DNA from: Vicugna vicugna
Lineage: Eukaryota
Direction: 5' to 3'
Assembly (NCBI GenBank): GCA_013265495.1
Contig: MU058337.1
Coordinates: 1,418,777 to 1,482,776, forward strand
Length of the DNA stretch: 64,000 bases
The notes beneath the pieces were generated by a model. It worked only from the letters and a program-made list of their open reading frames with translations, had not been told where the DNA came from and ran no database searches. Position numbers and translations under genes: made by a program. Below are positions 52,251 to 63,851 of the stretch, in pieces (within the stretch, counting starts at the first letter, position 1; every line of letters begins with the position of its first letter).

Positions 52251-54344
52251 TAAAACATGAATGAGAAGTAAAGAGGAATGGTAGGGACATTGAGGAGATG
52301 AATATATGATTAGAGTTGCATAAGTAATCGAGAGAGAAAGAGTAAAGAACAAGCAATGCCTGTAGATGTATTTACACAGAACTTTGCACAAGGACATCAG
52401 GACATATATTCAAGTATGCAAAAAATGCCAGCCATGATAAATAAAAAGAAATCTATACCTGGACACATTATAGAAAAACTGAAGAACACCAATGACAAAG
52501 AGAAAAACATATTTTAAAAATGAGAGAAAGAAAGAGAGAGAAACCAGAAAAATAAACAATACACACACACACACAAATAATAGAAGAGACAACGTCAGAT
52601 GAGTGAGGAATTCAGAGCATTATTATAAGTTGGCACATGGAAGCAGCACAGTCACTGGTTGTGTTCAGAGAGGGGATGGAATCTGGAATCTTTCCAAATG
52701 TTTCTAGAAGTAGAGTATCAAGAAGTAAGCCACGGGAAGTGGTCTTTAGCTAAAAGGCAGTGACAATAAAAAATTATTCCCTCTCAACTGAGATAAAGTT
52801 TTGCTTTGAATCCAATCTCTTAAGTTTTTCAAAATAAATGCACACAAAAGCACACATGTGCACATCCACCCACGCACCCACCCCTACACACTGCAAAGAT
52901 TCAGAGACCAACCAAGGAGCCCCAGGTTTCAAATAAAATGATCGCAGACTCTCAGCAGTAGGCGTGCTCGGCATGACATATAGCCGGAAGAGGCAAAAAT
53001 AATGACTCTCCCCACAGATAGAAATGGACTCTAAGCACGCATGACTTTGCATTTCAATCCTGTCACTATCGGGTAGAACCAACTTCTGTGAAAGAAACTT
53101 AAGCAACGGAAAGAAAAGTCAGTTATTTAAAAATGAGCTAGAGTCCATACTCATCCAAACAAATACGAAAGTCATAGACCTAAATTCTGGATAGCCTGAG
53201 GTTTTGCTCTGGCCTTCAGATATCACGCACGCTGGAAATATGAGTTTGGGAGGGTTAGCATTCAGGTGGTGTGCAGGGCCTGGGGATCTCCTGCGGAGAG
53301 AGTGTAAGTGAGAGAATCAGAGGGCCCAGGGGAGAGAAGGAGAATGCAGAGGAATGACCAGTGAGGGAGGGCAGGGTGTGGTGCCCTGAGATGGAGAGAA
53401 GACAGTGTGTTAAGAAAGAAGGAAGGATCTGCTCCTTCAAGCTGCTGAGGGGTGGCTAAGGTCAAGACTGCAAATGGGTTGCTGGGTTCGTGAGCTCAAG
53501 GTCATTGGCAACACAGATAAGAACTGTTGCAGGAGAGGGCTCCCAGCTGAGTATGGGGAGAAGAGAACAGGGGTGAAGCACAGAACACTGGAAACAGAAG
53601 TAGGTGTTTGGAGGCTGTTTGGAGAAGGTATGTAGAATCAGGGACTATTTTTTTTTAATGGAAACTAGTTCAGCATGTTTGCACGCTGATGAAGTAACCC
53701 AGGAGAAAGAAAAAATGAACCATGCAGATGAGGGATATAAAGTCAGGAACAAGAAGGAACAGGATCTGAACCCACTTCAGGGGTTGAGCTTTGTTTGGGG
53801 CAAGGACAGTTCTCCCATTTCTATTCTGACCTATTCATTTGTCTCTCTAGCCTTGGCCTAAACCCACTCACTTCAAGAAATCTATAAAACACGTTGATGT
53901 CTAATGAAGCAAGGGACCTCTTGCTAACATTATTTTTAATTCTTACTTTAAAAATTTGTCATAAGTATTTGAGCACATATGTATTTCTAGCTGACCTAAG
54001 TTTTTAGGATCAAGTTGGTTTCATTTGAAGTGATAATACTTTTTATATGGCTTGAAATTCAAAAGCTACCAAAGGCATACAACAACAACAACAACAACAA
54101 CAAAAAACTCTCTTTACACTATATCTTCCAAACATGCATGTTCCCCATCTGGAGGGCAATAATGTCACAATTTCTTGGATATTCCTTCAGAGAATACTTT
54201 CTGAATGTACAAACACATTTATAATTCTTCTTTCTTTTCCCAATTTTTTTCAATTAGTGACACACGGCTCTGTTGGTTTTTTTTTTTCCCTTAAAATACG
54301 TCAGAGATTATTTGATACCAGTAACTAAGGAATATTCTCATTCT

Positions 54345-55600
54345 TAGAAAAAGAAAGAAAGAAATTCAATAAGGAAACAGTCTCTATGAAGACACCTTAA
54401 GAGAAACATGAGAATGCAAGTAAGAAAAAGCAAGATGAGACAAAAATAAAAGAAAAAAATCAGATAAAGAAGATACATTGGGAGGCAAACAAGGGATAAG
54501 AGATGCTGTTGAAAACATAGTGAGGGAAATAAAAAATAAAAATTAGAAAAGTAAATAATGGAAATTAAAAGTTTAAAAGGATTAGAGGGAAGATGAAAGC
54601 GACCAGAGACTGCAAAGGGACACAAGGTACATGTGGTTAGAACTCCCCACCTGTAATGACAACAATAATGATGTCAATAGTAATGGGATAGAATATATAC
54701 TTAAACGCATAGTTAAAAACAATCTTTTCTCAGATAAAAGAAAACATGATTCTAAGTGAGAAAAGCACACATTACGTCTGAGAAACTGATAATATAGATA
54801 CACATTCTAGTAAAGTTATCTGAACTTAAAGAAAGAGTCCTTTGGGTAAGTAGGCAGAAAGATCCGCCTGGCTTCTGATTTCCTCCCAGCAATAGTCAAC
54901 CCCAGAAGACAATGGAACAATAACTCTAAGATTAAAAACAAACAAACAGCACCAACCCCACGACCCAAAGATTTTATATCCAGCCAAGTTGCACTTCAAA
55001 TGTAAAGGTGACAGAGAGTTTTGAAATTGCACAAACTCAGGGACCATGACTCCCAAGAGACATTCTTGAGGAACCCTCAAAGGGTGAACTTCAGCTGAGC
55101 AAAACCACCGCAGCAAGAATGGCAGTGACAAAGCAGGAGGGAAAGAGCCCAAAGTCCATCTGCACTGAGGATACAGACATGACACAAGTAACAAATAGGG
55201 GCAGCTGGAGAAAATGGGAGGTAGGGTCCATCTGACCATTACCCTAGTCGGAGGATGTGATTTAAAGCTGTCACACCAAGTATGAGAAGTGCAAGCAGAT
55301 TATACTGCTCAAATGTACATGCTAGGAAATACATTATTGATTAAGATCAGGTTATAGAAGAAAAGGAGGGCAGAGGAAGGATCTGACCTCATCACTGCCA
55401 TCTAAAAAAATAAAGCAGTAAAAGTAAGTGTAATATTATATTTATCAAAGTAGCAAATAAAACAAGAATATACACCTTAAATAAAAAGACTATACAAAAA
55501 GCAAAGAAAACAGATCGTATAGTCAAAGACTTAAAAAAAAATTCGAAACATAGAAATACAACATTAAATAGTATAACAGATAAATGTCAGCAGTAAAATT
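54345..55600 (+). mobile_element. HAL1/L1M ORF1-region remnant
   Basis: A-rich plus strand; CCAAAGATTTTATATCCAGCCAAGTTGCACTTCAAATGTAAAGG reads PKILYPAKLHFKCKG, resembling the L1 ORF1p C-terminal motif; CCAGAAGACAATGGAACAAT reads RRQWNN. No long open frame. Confidence 0.75.
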
Positions 55601-55861
55601 CAAACTAGGATGTCCAACATTTCAACTGGTACAATTACAGGAAGAACCATAGAATCATAGTTCTGCAAAGGAGCTGTGCATCCACCTAATACAGCCCTTC
55701 ATCCTGCAGTTGAGGAACATGAGGGCTATGGAGGGGCAATATCTTACTCAAAATCAAACAGAAACTAGAGAGTAGCTTTCAACTAGAATGTGGCACTATT
55801 TTCATTATATGATATTTGAAAAATTCATTGGTAAAATGTATTGTGAAGATTTTTATACACA

Positions 55862-56382
55862 TTGGTGTATTCTGTTGAACACTCATCAAGAGGTGGTGTC
55901 CCAGGCTCCTCCCCTTCAGTCTGGGCCAGCCTTAGTGATTTCTTTGTCACCAACGGAATGCACAGAAATGATGGATGACACAGCTGCTGAAGGTATGTGA
56001 GGAAAGGCTAGGTAGTCTCTGCCCCTGTTATTCTCTTGTGACACTCACATTTGGAGCACTGAGCTGCCATGAGGCTGCCATGTTGTGAGGAAGCCCAGGC
56101 CACATACAGGTGATGCAGCTGATAGCCTCAGTGAGGTTCCAGGCAACAGCTTTATATGAGTCCGTATGGCCTCTGGCTATTGAGTCACAGTCCCCCTTCT
56201 GCTTTCTGCCATTGAGTCTTCTTAGCTCAGCCCCAAGACATTGGGGACCAGAGACAAGCCATTCCCACCACTGTACAGTGCCTGAATTCCTAACCCACAG
56301 TATCTCTGAGCATAACAAAATGGTTGTTTTATTGACGCTAAGTTTTTGGGTCATTTATTACACAGCAGCAGGAATGGGAACA
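55862..56382 (+). mobile_element. MLT1G/H-type MaLR LTR
   Basis: CTGAGCTGCCATG...TGAGGAAGCCCAGGCCACAT...CAGAGACAAGCCATTCCCAC...CTGAATTCCTAACCCACAG...CTAAGTTTTTGGG. Confidence 0.8.
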
Positions 56383-56986
56383 TTCTTTTTTTCCCTACTA
56401 CTATGGACTTTTAAATGGGGAGCAAAGAAGAAAAATTCATTCCTCGTCTATTTCATCTTCATTTGAGGTCAACTAATGCCAAAATACTGTACTTGATTTC
56501 AGAAGAGGAATGAAATAAAACTTGGTTCTGAATTTTAAGTTTCTGCAGCACAGATGTTTTTGAGGAGCAAATATAAGGCAACCCCAAGAAGTTTTTCTTT
56601 TTTAAGTGTCATGAGATTTGGGGATGATAAACACTTGCTTAGCAGTACAGTTCTTAAGCAAATATCCAGGCAATTAATCACATGCATACAAAATGTTTTT
56701 CCTGTGGAGAAAAAATTTTTTTTTCTTGGAAAATAGGGTTTACTTTAAAAGTATTTGTAAACAAAAGCAAAGCAGGGGCTTCTCTGCTCTCATGTACAAT
56801 AAGACTGATTTACTTTCATAATGTGAACATATTTTTTTCTAATTTTCTTAATCCAAGTAAGCAAAGGAGGATGAGAGCTTGTGCTGGTGTGAAGTATTTT
56901 TGGCAGCCACTGAACATGCGTGATGACAGTCCAGCATGGCAGTGAGCTTCGCTCAGAGACCTGGAAAACCAAGGTATTGCACTAAG

Positions 56987-57407
56987 TGTTTTTATTAGTC
57001 TCCGATGGCTGCTGTAACAAATGATCTCAAACTTGGAGGCTTAAAACAACAGAATTGCATTGTTTGGCAGTTATGGAGGTGAGAAGTCCCAAATCAAGGT
57101 GCTGGCACAGCCACGTTCTCTGAAGCCTCTAGGGGTGAATCCTTTCCAGGCTTTTCCAGCTTCTGGGGGTGGCTCACAATCCTTGGGGTTCCTTGTCTGG
57201 TGGCTGTATCACTCTAATCTCGGCTTCAGATTCACCTGGCCTGCTCCTCTTCGTGTGTCTGTGTCGCTCTCCTCTGCTTATAAGGACATCGCTCATAGTC
57301 CTCCTCTAGTTTGATCTCATTTTACTTGACTATATCTGCAAAGATCCTATTTTCAAATTAAGGTCACAGTCACAGGTATGGGATTAGGGGACACAACTCA
57401 ACTAACA
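56987..57407 (-). mobile_element. MLT1C/D MaLR LTR
   Basis: TATTAGTCTCCGATGGCTGCTGTAACAAATGATCTCAAACTTGGAGGCTTAAAACAACAG...ATCTGCAAAGATCCTATTTTCAAATTAAGGTCACA. Confidence 0.88.
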
Positions 57408-57599
57408 ACCATGTCCTAAACAGAGATCTAAATAAAGGGCTGCGATTGTGGGAAGACGGGATAATTAACCACAGGGATCCCTTTGCCACTTCTGAAGTCT
57501 GAAGAACCTGGATTTAAACACTGACTAGCTGGGAAGCTGTGTAAAAGCTTTTTTATTTCACCTCTTCAGTCTCAGAGTACTTATACATAAGTAGGGATT

Positions 57600-57752
57600 A
57601 ACGGAGACAAGTGTGACCATAGATCAGCAACCTGGGCACCACCTTGTCAGAAATGCTGGAACTCAGGCCTCCCCCTGACCAACTGAGCCAGAATCTGCAT
57701 TTAAGCCAGAGCTCTAGCTGCTTCAGGTGCACGTTGAAGTTTGAGAAGCACT
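57600..57752. mobile_element. MER5-family hAT MITE
   Basis: CTTGTCAGAAATGCTGGAACTCAGGCC...CAGAATCTGCATTT...GAAGTTTGAGAAGCAC. Confidence 0.75.
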
Positions 57753-57973
57753 TAGCACTGTCCTTAGGGCACAGTAATTTGCCAATAAATGCTAATCCCC
57801 TCTGCCCATAAACACCACAAAGCACTGAGTTTACCTTTAACTTAACTGTGGACTGAAAGGAAAGAAGACAGGAGAGGAGGCCATTCTTAAAATCTCTCCT
57901 TCAAAAAGGATTGGCTAACTAGCAACAGGCTGGTAGTGAAACACAAACTTTTAGGAGTCTTGAATCTGTCAAC

Positions 57974-58217
57974 TTGTTTTGTTTTGGAGTGGGGAGGTAA
58001 TTAGGTTTATTTAATTAATGGAGGTACTAGGGATTGAACCCAGGACCTTCTGCTAAGCATGTACTCTACCACTGAGCTATATTTTCCCCCCCAAATTTTT
58101 AAATTTTTGTAATTTTTTGTTTGTTTTTATTTTTTAATTTCTAATTTTTTTATTTGAGGGGAAGTAATTAGGTTTATTTATTTGTTTTTAATGGAGGTAC
58201 TAGGGATTGAACCCAGG
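57974..58217 (-). mobile_element. Two tandem camelid tRNA-derived SINEs (full-length ~57974-58092; 5'-truncated ~58093-58217)
   Basis: Both carry GTAATTAGGTTTATTTA and TTAATGGAGGTACTAGGGATTGAACCCAGG; only the left copy keeps CTCTACCACTGAGCTATA (reverse A box). Confidence 0.85.
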
Positions 58218-58404
58218 TTTTTCTGTTTGTTTGTTTGTTTGTTTGTTTTTAAGAAAAGACCACTCACTAAATGGGGAAAAGAAATCCAGAGATGGGATGC
58301 AACTCAGGCACATTTTAAAAAACAGTGTTATTTGAAAGAAATAGGTGAATTCATAGGTTAGTAGTGTATAATTCTTGTGGGAATTAAAACCATTATTTAA
58401 ATGT

Positions 58405-58804
58405 AAAAACAGAACAAGAACCTTGGAAATCACATCTCCATCCCTCACAGCAAGAAAAAAGCTGAACAAACAGAAAATCAATGACTTTTCTTAGATCTTA
58501 GAGAATTGAGCTTCCAGGATAAACCACCACTGTGAAAGCTGGAGAGACAGGTGAGGACAGAGAACATGGACCACACAGACCTGCCTCCCTGAAGCAGAAG
58601 CCACTGGAGCCAGGAACAGGAAGGAACACTTACATGGTATCTGCAACAAACTGCTGGATACTGAGGATGAACTAACCGTCTAAGCAAGGATCCCTCACAT
58701 TTTCCTGGATTTTACCTCTGCCACCCCCACCAGGTTCTCACAGCGAGGACAAGAGAAAAATCCCCTTGTTTGGCTGGGGTGAGGGGAGTAGCCATTTTGA
58801 AATA
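58405..58804 (+). mobile_element. L1M(D)-type 5' region fragment
   Basis: CTCCATCCCTCACAGCAAGAAAAAAGCTGAACAAACAGAAAATCAATGACTTTTCTTAGATC...CCCACCAGGTTCTCACAG resembles old L1M 5' ends as recalled. Confidence 0.55.
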
Positions 58805-59482
58805 TGTCACAATAAATGCCAACCCAGCAAAAGATTCCAGCCAAATCTTGACTTAGTAAGGGGAAGCTTTACTCAAAAGAATTATTGCAAGGGGTGAGGA
58901 GCGGGAAGACTCTCACAATAGGGGGAGGGAGACTATGGAAGTAGGCAGTGCCATAACCATAAGATCTACAGGCTTCTCCAGTCAGGCAAAAAGGGGTTTT
59001 CTTTTATACAAGGAGTAAACAAGGTTAGAAAGACGCAGGTGTGGGGGAGTGGAGGGAAAAGGGGGCATGATCAATCAGATAGTAGATCAGAGAATGTTCT
59101 ACTGGGGCCAGCCTCTTCTCAGGAGGGGCTGTCTGCTGGCTCAGGCTGAGGGTGGGCAAAGCTAAGGCGTCCAGGGCAGGAGAGCTTAACCAAAGTCTTA
59201 GTCAAAGTCTGACTAATGCATTTGGTTCCCACTGATCAGTGGTGACAACACAGTTCAGCTCGTTTACGAGGCAAAGATTGGGAACGTGGAGGGTCTGTGT
59301 CTGGCCTTTCCGTAACCAATCAAGCGGAGGTGGGGAGGGTGCTCCTGTGAGATGTGTTTACTCACACGGGGAGGAGGGGTTTCTTGCAGTGAGACATTTT
59401 CTCTGAACACAAAGAATGGGAGATCTCTTAACCTTCACTGTTTTCCAGGAGCTCAGGGTTCAGGTACTATTCAACACTGTCA
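58805..59482 (-). mobile_element. MER90/MER110-like ERV1 solo LTR
   Basis: Minus strand begins TGACAGTGTTGAATAGTACCTGAACCCTGAGCTCCTGGAAAACAG and ends ...TTGTGACA (TG...CA ends); TATA-like TATAAAAG on minus at ~59001-59008. Confidence 0.65.
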
Positions 59483-59559
59483 ATGCCAAGGGCTTCCAAG
59501 GACAACGTTAACGCTCTCACATATTTCTTCTCTCCCTTTCTTTACGCAGATCTGAGTTT

Positions 59560-62500
59560 CTGACCCTTATCCTTTTTCTTTTCTATGAAGAGCTTTTTAA
59601 AATATTTCTTGCATGGCAGGTCTACTGGTGACAAATTTTCTGTCTTTGTTTATCTGAGAAAGTCTGTATTTCTCCTTTACTTTTGAAGGACAGTTTTGCT
59701 AAGTGCAGAATTCAAGGTTAGTGTATTTTTTTCCCCTTTCAAAACTCTGAATATTTCACCCCAGTGTCTTCTTCCTTGCATGGTTTCTGGTAGGAAGTCT
59801 GATAAATGCTGATCTTTGTTCCTCTGTAGGTAAGGTTAAGTTGAAGGAATGTGCAATGCTGAGATTATGATAATTATAAAGTGGAGGAGTAAATTGTGTG
59901 TCTGTCCCTTATTGCTTTGGTGCATTCTCAGAGATAATCCCTAGTAATTCGAGTGGTTTGATGCATTTTTTTCTCCCAGGTTTTTCTTTTCTTTTTCTTT
60001 TTTCTTTTTTTCAGGGACAACAAAAAGATATGGCTTGAGTGGGATAAATATCATCTTCCTTTAAAAGTTCCATAATTAGCTAAATAAAATAGATTACTCG
60101 CTTTGCAAGCAACTTCAGACTAAGTTCCCCAGCTTACTCCTTCAATTCTAGACCCTTCTCTGTAATATGTAGGTATCATTTACACAGGTAAATATAAACA
60201 TACAAATATGCTTTTAGAAACAAAAATGAGATTGCACTCAGCACATTTTTCTACAACTTTCTTTTCTCATCTAATAGCCATAATTATACTAAGGGCATAT
60301 TTGCCAATCAGTTCATATAGCTCTCCATTGTGTTCCATTTGTGGGTGCACACAGACTTTTTATCTTTTAACATTCAGACTGTCTGCCATTCAAACAATGC
60401 CACAATTAATATCCTTGCACACTGTTATATCATATAGATTGTGCTGTTATATCTGTGGGACAGACTTTTCAAAGTGAAATGGCTGGGACATGGGATGTAA
60501 AAACTTAAAGTACTGGTAGACATGGCCAAATTACACTCTAAAGAGGTTGTAATAAACTATTACTAATAGTATACATGGGTGTTTGTCTTAGCTCCTCTTC
60601 CCTTCCCCTTATTAACACCTTATTAGTAATTTTTAAGATAGTTGTCAATCTTACAAAAAACACACACATACTCATTATTAAATTTAAATTCCCATTTCCT
60701 AGTAATTAGTGAGATTTAGATTGCTCTACCTGTTTTTGGGGGGGGATCAGTTGTATTTGTTTTGTGAATTGCTTGTTTATAGCTGTTCCTCTTTTTTCTA
60801 TTGAGATGTCTTTCTCTTACTGATTATTAGAAACTCATTATATAGATATTAATGCCTTGCTTGCTAATTACTACAAGTATTTTCTCCCAAAGTCTTATCT
60901 TTTATTTATGTAGACATATATATATATATATATATATTAACCTATTAATCATTACCACTACTACTCAAACTGTGGTTGGCAGAGTGACTATAAGAGAAAG
61001 TATAGGGTGCTTGATAAAAATGGAGATTCCGGGGCCCAAGCACTCTCTGAGAATTTCTGGGACTAGGACACAGGATTTAAAACAAATCTCTTGGTGGTGA
61101 AAACACTGCTTCATAGTCACTTAATTTTATGTCTTACACAGTTATTTTAAAAAGTGACATTTTATGCCTTTGCATGTACTTAGATTTCAATCCATCTTAA
61201 TTTTATTCCTGTTATGATACAAAACTCCAAATTAACTGTATTTTATTTTTAATGTCTTTATTTTAATTATGCCAGGAACATTTATTAATAATACATTCTT
61301 TTCCCACTAATGCATCATCCTTATCATAGATTGTGGTTTCTCACATTTCTGTACTTTTAAAAAGAAACATCCTTTTATTCCTTTTTGTAAAATATCATGT
61401 TCTTATAAAGGATTCATGACATGCAGAATAATAATAAGAAAAAAAATTTTTAAACCCAGCTGTAGTAGATGGAATAGTATTCCTCCAAAATTCATGTCCA
61501 CTTGGACACATGATCTTCGCTGGAAATAGGATCTTTATAGATGTAATTAAGTTAAGATAAGGTTATACTGGATTAGGGTGGGTCCTAATTAAAGAGTTGG
61601 TATCCATATATAGGACAGATGCACAGTGATTGCCATGTGAAGACAGAGACTGAGATTGGAAGCCACAGGACACCAAGGAAAGTCAAGGATTGCCAGCAAC
61701 CATCCACCTAAGCAAAGACAGAGGTATGTAACAGGCCCTTCCTCAGAGTCTCCAAAAGAACAAACCATGCCGACATTTGGTTTTGACCTGTTAGACCCCA
61801 GAACTGCTTTCTGTTATTTTATGTCACCAGTTTGTGGTGCTGTAGGAAACTGACAGGCCAACTAATCAGAAATAACTGTCTTTAACATTAGGTTGTCATC
61901 ATTCCATGTGTGTGTATCTGTATTTACATATGTAACATATTAGACTGACAGAAATATTTCCAGTATAATGAGGTAATTCTGTACATTCTACGTTATTAAA
62001 TACTATTTTACTTAAATTTGTCTGAAGAAAAGGAATAGATCTGTCCTACTAGTTCACTGATGGTTTTTCCTATTTCTTGGTGTTTAATTTTTTTCGTAGG
62101 GCAAACCCTGTTACTCTTCCTTTTCAAGGTTTTCTTGCTCATTCACAACTATGTGATCTTCCATACAGAACTTAAAATCAGTTAGTTCTAACTTTTCCCC
62201 AAGAGAATCTGGGACTCTAATGAGAACTGCACTCATTTTGAAATCTGACTTGGGAAGAATTGGCATATTTCCGGTACTGATACCTCACCCAAAAATATGA
62301 CATGTTTTTCATTTATTCAGGTCTTGTGTCTGCCTTTCAGCAAAGGTTGAGGGATTTCATCACCAGGATCTTGTAACTCGTTACAGTTTATACCTGATTA
62401 TTTTATAGTTTTTGATGCCATTGCAGATAAATTCTTTAAATTTCATTTTTAATAGGTTATTGCTTGTTCAAAAGGAAAACTGCTAATTTTTCTTCGACTT

Positions 62501-62620
62501 GGCCCCCTAGAGTCAAGCCTTTTACTGAACTCAGTTTTTAAATTGAGGCATCTGAGTTTTCTAGGCATCGGTGGATAGTAAGTAACGCCGCCTCTTCTCT
62601 TGGGGGGACTTGGCAGTGAC
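59560..62620 (-). mobile_element. Fragmented old L1M elements (ORF1 piece ~59560-59835; ORF2/3' pieces ~60130-62620) with MER5 (~60955-61048) and MLT1 insertions
   Basis: GGCAGGTCTACTGGTGACAAATT...TTTATCTGAGAAAGTC...TTTGAAGGACAGTTTTGCT; AAAGTGAAATGGCTGGG; GGGAAGAATTGGCATATTT...TTTCATTTATTCAGGTCTT. All are reverse-strand L1 motifs. Confidence 0.7.
61461..61855 (+). mobile_element. MLT1B/C MaLR LTR inside the L1 region
   Basis: TGTAGTAGATGGAATAGT...CCAAAATTCATGTCCAC...GGAAATAGGATCTTTATAGATGTAATTAAG...CCAGAACTG...AGGAAACTGACA. Confidence 0.8.
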
Positions 62621-63247
62621 ATTTTGCTGTTTGTACCACTGAGGGCCACGACTTCCCCGGCTAGGGCTCGGTGGGGTTTACCGGTTCCTGGCAGGGGCTC
62701 TGCGCCCTCGGCAGGCACCCTGCTCGGCCACCTCCTCCCCTCCGGACCTGGCGTCCGCACTCCTAAGACACGACTGACACTAGTTCACAACGCAACGCGC
62801 TGGGAACGACGGCCGGCGCTGAGGCCCCGCGTCGAGCTCCGGCGCCACTTCTCCGCCTCCCGCGCGCCCCGCGAGCCTCGCCGCCACTTCACGAGGCGCG
62901 GCGGCGCCCGCTGCACGCAGGAGGAGGCTACCTCAGAGACGCAGGTGTCACCCTGACACCGGGCCGGTCTGCCTGACAGAACCGGCTCCTAGAAAGCAAC
63001 GTGGCCGGTCAGTCCGTTCCAAGGCACGGTTTCATCCGCACCAGAACGTGACAGGCCCATTCTCACCGTGTTGGTGTCTTACCGGAAAGTAAAGGGCTCG
63101 AAAGCTCGAAAGCTGAGGCGAAAGGCTCCGGCTCCCGCGCGTCAGGCTGGGGCGGGGCTGGCGGAAGGAGCCGAGAGCGCTCGGAAGCGCTCGCCTCGCC
63201 TTCGGCAATAAGCGTCGGGGGCGGGGCGCGCGCGACGGCGCGTTCCG

Positions 63248-63266
63248 CGCGGGGCATTGTGGGAGG
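63248..63266 (-). promoter_or_regulatory. ZNF143/Staf binding site (SBS)
   Basis: Reverse complement CCTCCCACAATGCCCCGCG fits the Staf/ZNF143 consensus YYWCCCRNMATSCMYYRCR at every position; lies in the promoter core. Confidence 0.75.
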
Positions 63267-63285
63267 GGCGGCCGGTGCAGCCGCG

Positions 63286-63296
63286 GCTGCCATCTT
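63286..63296 (-). promoter_or_regulatory. YY1 motif near the probable ARGLU1 TSS
   Basis: GCTGCCATCTT, reverse complement AAGATGGCAGC, versus YY1 consensus AAGATGGCGGC; about 210 nt upstream of the ATG. Confidence 0.6.
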
Positions 63297-63504
63297 AGCA
63301 ACTCCTGGCGTTGCGGCCTTGTCGTTGGAGGCGGCCTTCGTGGCGGTCTTCGGCCTCAGGGAGCGATAGAAAGTCAACCGACTGACAGCTTTCTTTCCCC
63401 GGGCTTCGACAGGACGGTCGGCCCGCATCCGGAGGCGGAGGCGAGGGTAGCCGGGCACGTGTGGGGCCCGAGGCCAGCGGTTAGTCACAGCGTCGCCCGG
63501 AAGG

Positions 63505-63851
63505 ATGGGCCGGTCTCGGAGCCGGAGCTCGTCCCGCTCCAAACACACCAAGAGCAGCAAGCACAACAAGAAGCGGAGCCGGTCCCGATCGCGGTCTCGG
63601 GACAAGGAGCGCGTGCGGAAGCGCTCCAAATCTCGGGACAGTAAACGGAACCGGCGGCGGGAGTCGCGGTCGCGCTCGCGCTCCACCAACACGGCCGTGT
63701 CCCGGCGCGAGCGGGACCGGGAGCGCGCCTCGTCCCCGCCCGACCGCATCGACATCTTCGGGCGCACGGTGAGCAAGCGCAGCAGCCTGGACGAGAAGCA
63801 GAAGCGAGAGGAGGAGGAGAAGAAAGCAGAGTTCGAGCGGCAACGAAAAAT
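63505..63851 (+). CDS. ARGLU1: Arginine- and glutamate-rich protein 1, first coding exon (codons 1-115 plus 2 nt); the gene continues beyond the window
   Basis: Translation MGRSRSRSSSRSKHTKSSKHNKKRSRSRSRSRDKERVRKRSKS...SSPPDRIDIFGRTVSKRSSLDEKQKREEEEKKAEFERQRK matches the ARGLU1 N-terminus as I recall it. Strong Kozak context (AGG ATG G; A at -3, G at +4). Donor AT|GTGAGC at 63851/63852 (phase 2; the spliced protein continues ...RQRK-I). Confidence 0.97.

Noticed and set aside
54345..55600. Domesticated L1 ORF1-like gene
   Set aside because: ORF1 motifs are visible but no long plus-strand frame survives; an ordinary decayed HAL1/L1M copy.
63063..63843. Antisense ORFs of 237 aa (63063-63776) and 120 aa (63481-63843)
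   Set aside because: Shadow frames of the GC-rich, repetitive ARGLU1 RS-coding exon and CpG island, with no recognisable protein. Only the short ATG-63293 sub-ORF is kept as a weak lead.
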